DNA of 64,000 bases from an uncultured Nitrospiraceae bacterium (GTDB taxonomy: Bacteria > Nitrospirota > Nitrospiria > Nitrospirales > Nitrospiraceae). This document shows, in pieces, positions 32,202 through 44,327 of this stretch. How positions within the stretch are numbered: the stretch's first letter is position 1; each line of letters begins with the position of its first letter. Location of the stretch: positions 1,120,001 to 1,184,000 of the forward strand of contig CAVSTP010000004.1 in NCBI GenBank assembly GCA_963730935.1. Direction: 5' to 3'. Below the pieces are notes generated by a model. The model saw nothing but the letters and a program-made list of their open reading frames with translations. It made no database searches and was not told the DNA's origin. Both the position numbers and the translations under genes were made by a program.

Positions 32202-33620
32202 GCTGGTACTCCTACACTGTCGGAAACATCAGTGGCGAAACCCTGACCCCATCCGTGAGGCAACTTGAATTTCCGACCACAGTGATCGAAGACTTCGCTC
32301 GGTTGCATAGCTAACCTGTCCAAATAAACGGCAATATCCTTTGGTGTAAAGTCCGTTAACGGATAACGATAATGACTGAAGGCCTCGCGTGTGAGGGCTA
32401 TTTTCTCCGGCGTCAATCCAATCAGTATTGCATGTACCCAATCAATAGCAGCGCAGTTCATACCGAACGTCATTGTGCCGAAATCAACGGAATGGGTGAA
32501 AGAGGACCGTTTCTTTTTCAGCAATTATTGCGTCCGTAATGGTAAGCACTTTGCGCTGTACATAATCGCTTAGAGTGCCATCAAGCCGGCCATAGTGCAG
32601 CACCCGCTCAAGGTCTAGGCAGATTGCCAGATATTATCATTGCCGCCCCATGATCCATCATAGTTATTGTCTACTCCTACTAGCTTCCCCAGAGCCATGC
32701 TAGCTTCACAGTTGCAGCCAGTGCATATCGTGAAACCAAGCCTTGCGCCCGATTCGTCGCATCCAATGCCTCTTCTATCAACCACTTCACGAACGATCGT
32801 CCGGCATAGCAATCACCACCGTTGCCAGCTCCCCCTTTTCGATGATGCGGCAAGTATTCTTTATGGCCATTAATCCCAACCATGTCTTCAGGGCGCCGGT
32901 TAAACCGGCTTTTTTATGGTTTTTAGTTTTGGTAAGTTGATGACGACATCAGCGTCGATGACATCCCGAGCAACCAAAGATTGATGCGTCCCTCGGGAAT
33001 GCGTCCTTTGAGCAAGTCTGGGTTATACATGGTCACTCGAAACTCGCTCTGCTCATTTGAGATGGCTCTATAAAGCTATCAATACGTAAGTCAAACAATA
33101 CATAATTTTCCATGGCCTGACACTTTTCGCTGACTTTCCCCCTAAGCGACTCTCCGCGACGGATCGTCTGTGTAAATCTTTGATGACCACTTCGAAATTA
33201 TTATCTTGGCGATCCGATGCACAACTCAGGGAGACCTTGGGCTTTCATCAGCGATTCGAAGTCACAGCTTTGTATCGGGCGTCGCAGACGATGACTGACT
33301 GCGGGCGGGTTTTCACTACATAGAGTAAGACCGCTTCAATAACGCTTGGATGGGTAACGAGACAATCTAATCCATCACCGGATCCATTGCGATGGTGCAC
33401 CCAATTTGGCTTGAGCACGACTTTATCGTTTGAACCAATGATCGTGTCAGAGGGTTCCAAAGTGCTGACCTGATTTTCCTTATCGAGACCCGCTTGCATG
33501 AAAAGCGACCGCAGGACGACGAGACTTGTTGTGATTTCTGTGCCCTTTTGCACCTCTGGAAGGTGCAGTCCAGGAACGACAGCATATCCCGCGGCAGGGG
33601 CTTTACTCAATAGACTGCAT
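32198..33620 (-). pseudogene. DUF362 domain protein, heavily fragmented
   Basis: 'VVLKPNWVHH', 'THPSVIEAV', 'INLPKLKT.KKAGLTGALKNMVGINGHKEYLPHH', 'GSWGGNDNIW' spread over several frames. Confidence 0.75.
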
Positions 33621-34916
33621 TCATCTGTAGCGGCATCGATAAAATTCCAATTCTAATATAGGGTTTCTAAAGGATCCTATTTGATGGCTCATGCGAAAAC
33701 TTTCAGCTGTTGGGTAGAGCGAGATTCTGGAAGCTTTTTGATATAAAGCCGGTGCGAGAGGGAACGCCAGTGACGCAATCACCGAGAACTGCATAAAAGT
33801 AAGATTGCCTGCATTCACTGATAAAAAGCTAAAGATCCAAAAAGGGAGGAAGAATGTAGAGTTCGGCTCACTCCCTCTATATGCGCGAAGCGCAGCCCGA
33901 CCGGAAACAAACCAATACGCTATGAAGAATACGAGGGGAACGATACCCGATGATTGGGCAACATAGAGAAATCCATTGTGGGGAGTGACAAAGGACCCTG
34001 TAGCTGTGGTGCCGCCGACATGTGTATGGCCCACACCTATCAATGGTGAGTTCAGAAAGTTTTCGATGATCAACGGCCAGATAGCCAGACGTCCGGTTTC
34101 CTCTGTTCCTCGCGTAGCATAGAACTGAGCTGTCTTATCAAAGATTCCCAGCTCTACGACAATCCATCCTCCGAGCGCTAAGATCAATAGTGGAACAAAC
34201 CCGTCTTTTAGCATTCGGCGGCTCGCCACGAGGACCGCAACCACAACTGCCAATAATGCGCCTCGACTAACGCTGAGTGTCATGACATAGAAACAGCCTG
34301 TTGCGACTATCCACGATAGGATTCGAAGCGAGTGCTTCGCGGTGATGATTCCGAGCACGATAAAATAAACAGAGCAGAACCCGTACCATTCACCCATTGC
34401 ATTAGTTGAGCCAAATCCAATCGATCTGCTCATTCCTGCACGCTGCATCTTTCCGGTTACATACGCTGCGTCATAGAACGACAGGTACGGTAGAGCTGCC
34501 AACCCGATTAGGAACATGCTCATTGCAAAACGATGTAGAAACTTCTCACGCAATGCCAGCATTTGAACAAGAAAGATTAACATCATCCAAAATAGGATGG
34601 GCACAATCGCATCGGTCAGCGACTCGTCAAAAAAGACAAGTTGGATGAATGTATAGCTAACACCACAAGCCAGAGGATAAGCGATGATCTTCGTTACCCT
34701 TAAGGCTTGCACACCAACCTCATATAAGCACAATAGAAAGGACAGTATCAGGAAGCTAGAGGCAAGATTGTTGACGAACAACCCGTAGGCTCCTCCTAAC
34801 ATCGTGTAAGCCATGAAAATGTAGAGGCCATACTCGACCAAGGCCGATGGAGTCGCTACCCGTAAGGTCTCCGCCGGAACAAGATGCTCTGTGTATGGTG
34901 GGACTTGGGGAATCAT
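33621..34916 (-). CDS. O-antigen ligase / Wzy polymerase-family membrane protein
   Basis: About ten hydrophobic segments; 'SVSRGALL', 'TGRLAIW', 'PLIGVG', 'PHNGFL'. Own ATG at 34916 overlaps the upstream TGA. Confidence 0.82.
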   Translation of the reverse strand: MIPQVPPYTEHLVPAETLRVATPSALVEYGLYIFMAYTMLGGAYGLFVNNLASSFLILSFLLCLYEVGVQALRVTKIIAYPLACGVSYTFIQLVFFDESLTDAIVPILFWMMLIFLVQMLALREKFLHRFAMSMFLIGLAALPYLSFYDAAYVTGKMQRAGMSRSIGFGSTNAMGEWYGFCSVYFIVLGIITAKHSLRILSWIVATGCFYVMTLSVSRGALLAVVVAVLVASRRMLKDGFVPLLILALGGWIVVELGIFDKTAQFYATRGTEETGRLAIWPLIIENFLNSPLIGVGHTHVGGTTATGSFVTPHNGFLYVAQSSGIVPLVFFIAYWFVSGRAALRAYRGSEPNSTFFLPFWIFSFLSVNAGNLTFMQFSVIASLAFPLAPALYQKASRISLYPTAESFRMSHQIGSFRNPILELEFYRCRYR

Positions 34917-36096
34917 CCCTGCACCAAGCGTGATCCTATGATGCGCTCCAAGCATTCGGCACTCACCGCCCAATCGTAATTCCCCTACGTATTCGGCGCG
35001 GGAATGCCCCTGGGTCTTCAGTTCAGCAGAGTTCTCGGTAACTTGCTGCATGGCCATTGCAAGGGAATGCACAGAACTTTCAAGAAAAAGAAATCCCCCC
35101 GCAGCTTTCGCGAGGATCCTATTTCCACCCACGTCGGAAGCAAGGAATGGCACACCGCATGCCAGAGCTTCAAGAATGGCATTCGAAAAGTTTTCATATC
35201 GGCTCGGCATGACGAACAGATCCATCGCACGGTACCATTCGGCAAGCCGCTGATGAGGGACATCGAGTTCTAGATGAACCAGCCCTCGCCTTATTTCTTT
35301 TCTTAGAATGGCCTGAATTAGCTGTAGTTTTTCCCCACTACCCACTATGAGAAGCCTCGCTTTAGGAACTGCCCTCGAAATTTCACGAAATGCTGCCGCA
35401 AGAATATCCACTCCTTTCAGACGCAAGAGTCTTCCTACATAGCCAATTACAAAATGTTCTTCGGTCCAACCGAGCGTCTGGCGAATTGACGTCGTCCCTG
35501 GAGAAAAAACTGTTGTATCGACACCGACAGGAAGATCGATGGCTGCATCGCCGAGGACCTTTTTCATTTGTACAAGCGCATCGCCATTGGCGCAAACCAC
35601 CTGCACTTTTTCTTAAGAGCGGCTCGAGCTTCGGCGACAGCGGTCCAGCGAGTCGGAGAACTGTTGGCCGATATTCTGCAACTGCGGCCGCCAGTCGACA
35701 GTCGTGATGCACATAGACGGCGTCGAATTGGCTCCACTGGTATGCAAAATCTCGCTCGATGCGCCTCCGAAATCTTTGGGTGTGCCACCTGTGAGTCCGC
35801 CAATGACACGCATGTTGAAGATGGTCCCATTTGGGTTTCAACCATCCTATGCGAGCAATCCAAGAGCCAATTGAGGAAAGCGTCGATTGACCTAGTTCGC
35901 TTGTCCACCAGCCACTGATGGGAACCTGTTCAATCCCAGGAGGCATCGTAAAGGGATATCTGCCGTTTCTATCCGCCACGAAGGCTGCCCTAACGTGATG
36001 GCCTCGTCTGTGAAAAGCAGCAAATAGGTTCCGCGTGAAGTTTTCGCCACCTCCCCGCAAGACACCCAACTCTGAATGCAATACTAGGATTCGCAT
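34913..36096 (-). pseudogene. GT4 glycosyltransferase, two frameshifts
   Basis: 'GGGENF', 'YVGRL..LKG', 'ENFSNAILEALACG'. Extra A in the run at 35607-35611; a second break near 34985 hides the tail 'NYDWAVSAECLERII'. Confidence 0.82.
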
Positions 36097-36106
36097 TACT
36101 TGTCGA

Positions 36107-37233
36107 TCACTTATCCATGGACACAAAACTCACGTCACATGATCTTGAATGCGACCTCGTCCCACCAAGCGTATTGTTGAATATTTCAACCACTACCGCC
36201 TCGTTATGTCTTTCAGAAACATATTGCCGTGCACGACCAGCAATACCTTCACGCCTCTCGGGTGAGGCCACCAACGACTGAATGTCGTTAGCGGCAACCT
36301 CGACGCTCTTGGAGACGGCGCCCAAACCCATTTTTTCGATGATGTTGTCGGGGTCCACCTTCAAAGTTACGATCGGAGTGCCGCTTGCCCATGCCTGGGT
36401 AAACGTATTGGGGAAACCCTCCTCATCCGAAGTGCAAAGCAATAACGCCGCATCGGCAATGACCTGCATGGCTTCATTGGGAGGAACACGGCCCAAATAT
36501 TTTACGTTTGGCAATTGAGTCAATGCGGCAACCATCCGCATCCCATAACCGGGCGGCGACTGATAGTCAGTTGGTTCACCGCCCACGACAAAGCGTACGT
36601 GAGGTGTAAGTTTTCGATCTCAACAAGGAGATCAGGGCGCTTATGATAGCGCATGGTCGCAACCCATGCCACGTAAGGCTGGCGTTCGGCGTGAGGTTTT
36701 ACAGATGGGGTGAGTGGGCACACCTTGGGAAGAATACGGGCCTTGTGTTGCAATCGCGGGTGAAGCATAGACAACTGGCCGTGATGTTGGACAAAGATCT
36801 TGTCGGCTCTCCACAATCCCCAAGCATAGAGCGGCCACCAGCGTGAGCGGCGAAACACAGCGCGGCTGGGTTGAACATCGGCATCGAACGCCGTATGAAA
36901 GACTGTTCGCACGCCTGAGAGTTTGGCAATCTCAACGACCGGACCCCACAGATGATTGGCTCCGCCCCAGTACAACCAGTCTGGCCGCTCCGAGGATAAA
37001 AATCGATACCATGAAATCAGCGGTTGTTCTCGGGTCAAGCCAACGTATTCGACTCCTTCGATGATCTCCCGTTCATTGGCCGGCAAAGCTCCACGTACAC
37101 CGATTTTTACCGACCATCCCGCCGCGGCCAAGGCACGAGAGTGAAACCAGATATTCCGTTCACTGCCCCCAATCGCATTGGTTTTGCCCCGGGCATATTC
37201 ATAGGCAACATTGTTCAGAAACGCGATTTTCAT
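36107..37233 (-). pseudogene. GT4 glycosyltransferase, one frameshift
   Basis: 'GGSER', 'HKRPDL', 'EEGFPNTFTQAW'. Break near 36612. Confidence 0.8.
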
Positions 37234-39082
37234 AGCTTTACCTTATGCACCATGGCCCAGGCCAAGAATACAAAGGGATTCCATAGTTCCCGGCCGATTC
37301 CCCCTGTCTTCATGTTCATCCGGTGAACGCGCCGAAGATATTTGAAATTAAAAAGATCCGTATTGGCCTCTCCCCAATCCAGCGCTCTCTCAACTGCAGG
37401 CCGCCAGTTGCCGGCAAGCCACGTGTCAATTGGCATGTTGAATCCGTGCTTTGGTCGATCCCACACTTCTCTTGGAAGAATCCTTTTCACCAATGGCAAT
37501 AGGAGAGCTTTTAGTCTGCCATTGACGATTTTCTTCTCTGCGGGAAGGGGAACAATACGGTCCAATACCTGATTGTCGAGAAAGGGCACTCGCACCTCGA
37601 GCGAAGCCAACATACTTGCCCGGTCGGTTTTGACTAGGCAATTCTCATTTAAATAGGTTTCCAGATCAGTTCTCATCAAGAGGTCGGTATCAAACCGCTC
37701 TCCATATCGTTCGGCACGGCGCTCCCACGGCTCGAAAAATTGTCTGAGCTGTGTCGCTTGATAGTTGCAGGCATCAACACTTGTCGCAGATCTTTTCTGA
37801 ATATAGGGAAGTCTCCGTATGTCGTGAATGACCACCGAACTCGTTCTTGGGAAGACAGCGTCCGCCGATAGAGATGTGACATGCCGCGCGGCTTCCATGG
37901 AAAAGCCCGCAACGATTGATGAAACAACCAGCGCAGCGGAAGCCCGTGACCATTCAACTGTCCCAGAAAATACTTTGGATACCCCCCAAACACTTCATCG
38001 CCGCCATCGCCCGACAAGGCCACCTTGACGTGCCTGGCAGTCATTTTTGATAGCGCATACGTTGGTACTACAGCCGCATCGGCAAAGGGCTCATCTAAGC
38101 GGCCAATGAGTTCAAGCAGTTCTTCAGGACCCACTTCCTCTGCTCTCAACACCGTATGATCTGTTCCATACTGCTTCGCCACCAACTGTGCGATCGGTGA
38201 TTCGTTCATCGCCGCGTCGTCGAAGGCAATAGAAAACGTACGAACGGGCTTTGCGCTGTGCCTGGCCATCAAAGCTGCGATCAGAGACGAATCGATGCCT
38301 CCGGACAGAAATACTCCAATCGAGACGTCGCTGATCATCTGGCGTTTGACGGCGCCATCAAGCAATTCCTCCAATTCCGCTTCGCTTGGAACCGGCAGAT
38401 CTGCATCCGATAAGGGCGGCCGCCAATAGCGCTCAATACTCGGCCCTTGGTCTCCGAATCGCCACACAAAGTTGCAACCTGGTTCGAGCTTGTTGACGCC
38501 ATGAATGACCGTACGGGGCGAGAGAATGTTATCGAATGTCAGAAGATCGCGCACGGCAACCGGATCAACACGGTCAAAGCCTCGGATGTCACTAAAGGGC
38601 TCGAGCGTTGATGAGACAATGAGCGCACCTCGCTGCATTGCCCAGCACAGTGGCTTGATCCCTAGCCGGTCGCGTGCGCCAAAAGCCAGCTGTTGCTTGC
38701 GATCCCAAATGACAAACGCGAACATCCCGTTCAATTGGTCAACCACACGCTTTCCCCAGCAGCGATAGCCTTCGAGAATCACTTCGGTGTCTGAATGAGT
38801 CTGGAATCGACAACCTTCTTGTTCCAGTTGCTGACGCAACTCCGGGAAATTGTAGATTTCACCGTTGAATACGACAACATACCGCCCGTCGTGGCTTTGC
38901 ATGGGCTGCTGACCAGTATGAAGATCGATGATCGAGAGGCGACGGTGCAGCAAGATCACCTCCCTCTCACGCCACTCGCCTGCAGCATCGGGACCTCTGT
39001 GCGCAATTCGCCCAAGTGCCCGCTGTGCTGTGTCGAGGTCGATTGTTGGCTGGTCCTGTAGAAAAGCAACGAATCCGCACAT
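37230..39082 (-). pseudogene. asnB: Asparagine synthase (glutamine-hydrolysing) family amidotransferase 2, one frameshift
   Basis: 'MCGF' at 39082; 'LSGGIDSS', 'SGDGGDEVFGGY', 'KTDRASMLASLEVRVPFLD'. Break near 37768. Confidence 0.87.
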
Positions 39083-39093
39083 GTGTTTATCCC

Positions 39094-39918
39094 TCAGATC
39101 TTCGCCGAAATAATATCTCCGACGGAACGCCACACGACTTGGGGATCAGACTTTGCACGATCAACCAAGCACTGTAGTTGCTCGCCTACTGTACCCGCAT
39201 TTGGAGGAAGGCACGGTACACTGAGTTCCCAGTAGTGCGTGGCCGCACAAAACACTCCTCCCAACCGCCTCGCTGATTCGTAGCGAGCCTCATTCTCAAA
39301 CAGATTGGAAGTAGGAGTGACCGCATTTCCCGCAATTTCGTTGTGATCGCCCAGATTGAGAACCCAGGGAATCCCTTGTCCTCCTTTCGACTTCCATTGA
39401 CGAACCCGCCACCAGGTCGCCCACGTCTCTCCAGACCATGGACGCCATCCGGTCCGAAAGCCGGCTACCCCACCGAGATGCAACCCTTCGTTCGCAATAG
39501 CCTTCAAGCCCTCCCTTCCAATCCCGTTGCGTGGCGCTACAAATACGCGAATCGCACTCCCCAACAGGTCTTCGAGATATCTTCTTCCCTCCCTCACTCG
39601 CTCCGCCAGCCGGTCTCCACCAACAAACTCGAACAGACGATCTTCTTCGTCGTGGTGGTATCCGTGAAGCATGGGCTCAATTGAACCTGCGGCGATCCGA
39701 TTGCGCAGCCATTGGACGAGTGCACCGTTCTTGTGCAACGGATTGACAGACCACTGCCTGCGGTACTGCTCTGGCAAGCCTTTGCTTGTTCCTGCTTTGC
39801 AGAATGGAATGATCGCCAGCGACACAGGACCATGCTTCATGATTTCCCCGTAGGCTGACTCCAACTCGTCCGGGGACGTAAAAAAACTTGTGTCGTCGTC
39901 ACGAATACAAAAATACAC
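39094..39918 (-). CDS. DUF2334-like polysaccharide deacetylase-fold protein
   Basis: 'IRDDD', 'LHGYHH', 'FVAPRN', 'ATHYWE'. Confidence 0.7.
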   Translation of the reverse strand: MYFCIRDDDTSFFTSPDELESAYGEIMKHGPVSLAIIPFCKAGTSKGLPEQYRRQWSVNPLHKNGALVQWLRNRIAAGSIEPMLHGYHHDEEDRLFEFVGGDRLAERVREGRRYLEDLLGSAIRVFVAPRNGIGREGLKAIANEGLHLGGVAGFRTGWRPWSGETWATWWRVRQWKSKGGQGIPWVLNLGDHNEIAGNAVTPTSNLFENEARYESARRLGGVFCAATHYWELSVPCLPPNAGTVGEQLQCLVDRAKSDPQVVWRSVGDIISAKI

Positions 39919-39952
39919 GACTATCTCCTTGGTGGAGTGAGCGAAGGGAAAC

Positions 39953-41407
39953 TTAGCGGTGATTTGCTAATTCGAACCTTCTAAAACCATCGATCTCGTC
40001 GCGCAGACTTGGAGGGACAGGTTGCGCACCTGGAATGAATGCGATCTCTGGCGGCAGACCCTGCAGCGCCCGCACTAATGCTGCGGTCTGATGATCAGAT
40101 GAATACGCCTCACAGGCCTTCGGGTCCGGAACGAGCGCTGAAAGAGAGTCCTTAGACCAACTCTCGAGAACAGACCGCAACACAGCCTCGATCTGAGGGA
40201 CGGAATCTACATCAGCAATGGTACTGACGCCGAGTCGACGAAGAATGTTTCCCGTCTCATCTTCAGGCAATATGCCGATGATCGGCCGTCCCGCCTTCAA
40301 GTATCCAAACAGTTTGGCGCCAGCGAACAATTCATATCCTTTCATTGTGGAGGGTCGCCCCAGCACCAATAGCGCATGTGCCTGCCGTTCAAGGAATCTG
40401 ATCTCAGCATGTGACTTCCGTCCTGCCGTCTCAATGACATCGGTGAGATGAAACTTTTCCGCCTCTTTGGCTATCGCATCTATTCCTTCGCCGACAAAGA
40501 GGAACCGCAGGCTATCTGCCCCGCTCGGACTTCTGTCTTTCAACACTCGTAGGGCTTCGAGAAGGGTGTCGTAACGGTAATCCGACAGAGTACCCGCATA
40601 CAAAATCGTGCATCTGTTTCCGCGCGGCGGCGTCGAAACTTCGATCGGTGATTCATATCCGTTGGGGATAATGTGAATCCTCGAACCATCCAATGCTCCG
40701 GCATAGGCCTGCCAAAAACATTCGGCCTCGGAGTGGTATCTGAAAACGACGGCTTGGGCACCGGCGAGCAGTTGGAACATCTTCCTCCGATCCCTCCGTA
40801 TAGCCCACAATGGACGTCTCGATTCAAATTCATTGTATGTGATGGTCCATGCATCTCTGAAATCCAACACGTAGGGGATGTCGGTCCTTTTTGAGGCGAG
40901 CGATGCCACGTAAAAAGCGGTCACTGGTCCGGCCGTCGCCCAGATCACCGATGCCTTTTTTCTCGTGCAGGCTTCGATCGTTGCTCGTACGGCAGCCTCT
41001 TGCCAAGGGGAAGCAGGATCGGGGTGATACCACCAGGCTTCCATCGTGCGGACGAGACTTCTGAGCCGCGATCGTATTCCTCCATGAGAAACTGGTATCG
41101 GGGTCGGTAGTTTCTCCTCGCCTCGACTTTCAGTGACGGCGTTTCTCCTGGATCTCCAGGCCTGAACTGCCTGCCACCAGTCAGAATATCGAAGCCTGAT
41201 GACCTCCACTTCTATAGGGACACTTTTCAGGAGTGCAGGGTCATACCTCTCATATTGGTTGGGTATCGCAGAAACGACCGTCGGCGTCCAGCTATAGCTC
41301 ATTAAATAGCGGGCGAACCTCAGAGGACGATACGCTCCAGCGTTTCCCTCCGGAGGGAAATCGTGTGCCACCATAATGACGTGGTTCAGCTGCTGCAATG
41401 GAGACAT
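39953..41407 (-). CDS. GT4-type glycosyltransferase
   Basis: 'DFPPEGNAGAYR', 'DFRDAW', 'IPNGY', 'KLFGYLKAGRPI'. Confidence 0.82.
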   Translation of the reverse strand: MSPLQQLNHVIMVAHDFPPEGNAGAYRPLRFARYLMSYSWTPTVVSAIPNQYERYDPALLKSVPIEVEVIRLRYSDWWQAVQAWRSRRNAVTESRGEEKLPTPIPVSHGGIRSRLRSLVRTMEAWWYHPDPASPWQEAAVRATIEACTRKKASVIWATAGPVTAFYVASLASKRTDIPYVLDFRDAWTITYNEFESRRPLWAIRRDRRKMFQLLAGAQAVVFRYHSEAECFWQAYAGALDGSRIHIIPNGYESPIEVSTPPRGNRCTILYAGTLSDYRYDTLLEALRVLKDRSPSGADSLRFLFVGEGIDAIAKEAEKFHLTDVIETAGRKSHAEIRFLERQAHALLVLGRPSTMKGYELFAGAKLFGYLKAGRPIIGILPEDETGNILRRLGVSTIADVDSVPQIEAVLRSVLESWSKDSLSALVPDPKACEAYSSDHQTAALVRALQGLPPEIAFIPGAQPVPPSLRDEIDGFRRFELANHR

Positions 41408-41560
41408 TTCCTTGAGACAAGTCGAGCAGGCTGCTGGCTACTGATGATCCTAGAGATGCCCGGGTTAGCGATAGCGGAGAGACAGTTCAGAGCCGTGGTC
41501 CAAAAGACTCAATTATCGTAAGCGCAGGACCGGGAGTATAGGTCACGATAAACGACTTTT

Positions 41561-42736
41561 CTATTGGTTGCTTCCCCTTAAACATATACCTCTATATGGC
41601 TCTGCTAAGGCCTCCGGGTGCCTTGTGTTTTTTGCATTGCGAAGGTTGTCAATCTGACGCCGATACCTTGCGTGGTCGGCCTTTTCCACAACTTTTTCGA
41701 CCACGCCTACCAGGTCCTCATCGTCGTCGAAGAGATAACCGATATCCCCGTGCTTCCTGAACATGGATTCAAAGATCGGTATTCTGCGGCAAATCACTGG
41801 TTTTCCCCAGGCAATGGCATCCAGCAGCACCCCACTGGCGGTCAATGTGTAGGGCCCCGCTTCATGAGGAAGGACAATAAAGTGAAGCGGCGCCACACCA
41901 TTTAAAAAGGCTGCCCTGCTCATCAGCGTACCTTGGGGTTTCGCGACAAGAGCACTCGTGCTCATCACAATACTTTTCTTCGGCATGTGTCCGATGGCAT
42001 GGAATTCCACACGTTCTCCGTATCGGTCGGTGGTCCGATCAGCTAGCTCCACGAACACAGGAAACCCTTTGGCTTTATCGGCTAGCCCTAAAAATCCAAA
42101 GCGGATCGGCTCAACCAACTCGGCTGCGGGGAGTTCGACTTGAGCGGGAGAAATCGGGTGCTCAAGGGCGTCAACTTTGCCCGATAGCAAAGGACAACTG
42201 TTCACCAGGGTATCGCGTATGAACTGCTCGAGGACTAAATAGTGAATCCCCCTGTTTCCGAACAACGTGAGTGCTGTCTTCGTATCTTGTAACCTGAGAA
42301 GCGGACGCTTAGACCGCCTACCGACTACTCCGCTCACTCCGTGGAGTATGATCTGTACACAATGGTGTTTGGGTCTGAATGCCCGAGCAATTTTTAACGC
42401 TAAAATAGTCGAGGGGTACGCGGACGTCAGTATGAGGCGTGAATGAGCGTCTGTCCCCAGAATGCCAACCAGTTCTCGAAGAATTGTCAACTCGCGGCGG
42501 AAACGTTCCCAATAGGATGCATCGTAACCCGGCGGTGCAATTTCTTGCCACTTGATCGAATCGGCTAGCGCCGGACCGACCTCATTTTTCAGCTCTTCAA
42601 GGTGCGTGCTCCCTCCGGAGAAGCAGAGCTGCTCCTTCGGGTAAGCCGCATGTATCGTTGCTAGAAGACCGGCGTTAAATGGTACGTGGGCGCGGCCACT
42701 GAAGCTTAGTTCACATAGGAGGATCATTCTTGCCAA
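41561..42736 (-). CDS. GT-B fold glycosyltransferase
   Basis: 'FGFLGLADKAKG', 'ASGVLLDAIAWGKPVI'. Confidence 0.72.
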   Translation of the reverse strand: MARMILLCELSFSGRAHVPFNAGLLATIHAAYPKEQLCFSGGSTHLEELKNEVGPALADSIKWQEIAPPGYDASYWERFRRELTILRELVGILGTDAHSRLILTSAYPSTILALKIARAFRPKHHCVQIILHGVSGVVGRRSKRPLLRLQDTKTALTLFGNRGIHYLVLEQFIRDTLVNSCPLLSGKVDALEHPISPAQVELPAAELVEPIRFGFLGLADKAKGFPVFVELADRTTDRYGERVEFHAIGHMPKKSIVMSTSALVAKPQGTLMSRAAFLNGVAPLHFIVLPHEAGPYTLTASGVLLDAIAWGKPVICRRIPIFESMFRKHGDIGYLFDDDEDLVGVVEKVVEKADHARYRRQIDNLRNAKNTRHPEALAEPYRGICLRGSNQ

Positions 42737-42767
42737 AGAATCATGCAGTCGCGTTATTGAGCCGCCC

Positions 42768-44327
42768 TTACAGATTACCCTTTAGACCGGAAACGGCCCT
42801 CGCGTATTTGGCTGCCGTGTTATTTACGCAAAAACAAAACAATGCGCCATCAAGATGCGACCACATCAGCTTGAAATGGAATTGACACCTAAACACTTTA
42901 GAAATCACTCGTTCCGCATAATAAACGAGAGCGTACCGTCGCTCCGATTTCAGCATCAGAATAGAATTTAGCCATCGAACCAATGGCCACAGCGAAAGCG
43001 TGACTTTAGCCATGATTTTTTCATCTACTAACCAGTCAAAAAATTCCTGCCGAAGTGCCTTCCCATGCGGGATCGCTGGTGGAGGGAAAATCAGCGCGGA
43101 AGCCATCTTGGACTGCCCAAAGAGATGCCTGGGAACCCCCGCTTCTTCGGCAATCCGCCTGGGGATAGGCCGATCATATGCGTTCCCCAACCGCCACGGA
43201 TCCATCTCAGATGACTCTGTAATACGGACGATATCTGCTTTTTGTCTGGCCCCCATGAAGGGTAACGGCAACTGGACAAAACCAACAACGAGACGTAGTT
43301 CGCCCATTCCGTGTCCCCCGAGATCCCCTCGCCTTAGGGAAGAATCAAGAAAAGTCCGCAGGGCCACATTATCTCTCGACCATACGACGTCACCGTTTAT
43401 CCCCGTCAGCAGGAGGCTTACTTTTCCCATGAACTTCCTGATGTCTTTTAGGTTGGCATCCTGGTTGTGGTGGAGTGCACAGTAATAGAGGTACTCTTGA
43501 TCAAATTCTTCGGTGTAGGCACGCCGATTGAGCGGAATACAATTCAACGCGAAAACCTCACAAATCTCACTACCGTCGTCATCGGGTAACTTTACATCGT
43601 CATACGGGGCTTGATGAAATATGCTTTTGGCTTTGGTGATAGTAAAAACTTTATCTATTCCTTGTTCACGAGCAATTGCATTTATCGCCGTGGTATCGTA
43701 GCCCTTGGATTGGGTTGAACATATCTCGAGCGGGTGAGTCCGAGCCTCATCTCGCGCATTGACCGCGATGAATGCGTAGTTATTCCGAAGGTAGCCATAG
43801 TACTCTTCGAAGCATGAAAATCGTGGCGGCATGCTCTTGTCCGCATCACAGAGTTTTTCTTTTGAGACGTCAAGGTTCCAATACATCTGACGACGTACCT
43901 TGCCCTTCTTCGTAGGAATGTCCCGCAAATAGTCGTTAATACCATCTAAGATCGACTCGCAGATTTCGGGATACTTCTGACAGCCGGGATCAAGAGCGTC
44001 ACCGGTACAGGCTAACAGCAGCGGTAAGGAATTAGATACCGTGACCTGCTCTCCATCTTCGGCATAGTACAAGTAGTCTGTTGTTGCTGTGCTTGTCACG
44101 AATCGAATCGATTCATCGCTCACTATGCCACCGGATCCGAACACGCAGTCGGTTTCGCCAAAATTACCACTCTCAAAAGGACCGTTCCACACTCCCTCAA
44201 TGAAAAAGTTCTCGCGGACTTCAACCTTGGGGCCATGCACTAGCGTGACGATTTCATGCTTGCGGTCAACCTCGGCGACCCACGCAAGTTGTGGCAAGGT
44301 TACGCCGCTAATGGATCGCAATTGCAT
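42768..44327 (-). CDS. Uncharacterised PP-loop / asparagine-synthetase-like protein, paralog B
   Basis: 'STQSKGYDTT', 'LLTGINGD', 'YDRPIPRRIAEEAG'; collinear with the adjacent paralog. Confidence 0.6.
   Translation of the reverse strand: MQLRSISGVTLPQLAWVAEVDRKHEIVTLVHGPKVEVRENFFIEGVWNGPFESGNFGETDCVFGSGGIVSDESIRFVTSTATTDYLYYAEDGEQVTVSNSLPLLLACTGDALDPGCQKYPEICESILDGINDYLRDIPTKKGKVRRQMYWNLDVSKEKLCDADKSMPPRFSCFEEYYGYLRNNYAFIAVNARDEARTHPLEICSTQSKGYDTTAINAIAREQGIDKVFTITKAKSIFHQAPYDDVKLPDDDGSEICEVFALNCIPLNRRAYTEEFDQEYLYYCALHHNQDANLKDIRKFMGKVSLLLTGINGDVVWSRDNVALRTFLDSSLRRGDLGGHGMGELRLVVGFVQLPLPFMGARQKADIVRITESSEMDPWRLGNAYDRPIPRRIAEEAGVPRHLFGQSKMASALIFPPPAIPHGKALRQEFFDWLVDEKIMAKVTLSLWPLVRWLNSILMLKSERRYALVYYAERVISKVFRCQFHFKLMWSHLDGALFCFCVNNTAAKYARAVSGLKGNL

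Noticed and set aside
33621..35606. 661-aa apparent glycosyltransferase / O-antigen ligase fusion
   Set aside because: An indel near 34985 creates it. The alternative frame gives a normal GT4 tail (NYDWAVSAECLERII) whose TGA overlaps the ligase ATG.
30385..35611. Homopolymer frameshifts as programmed phase variation
   Set aside because: Runs are only 4-6 nt, and many neighbouring breaks are not in repeats.
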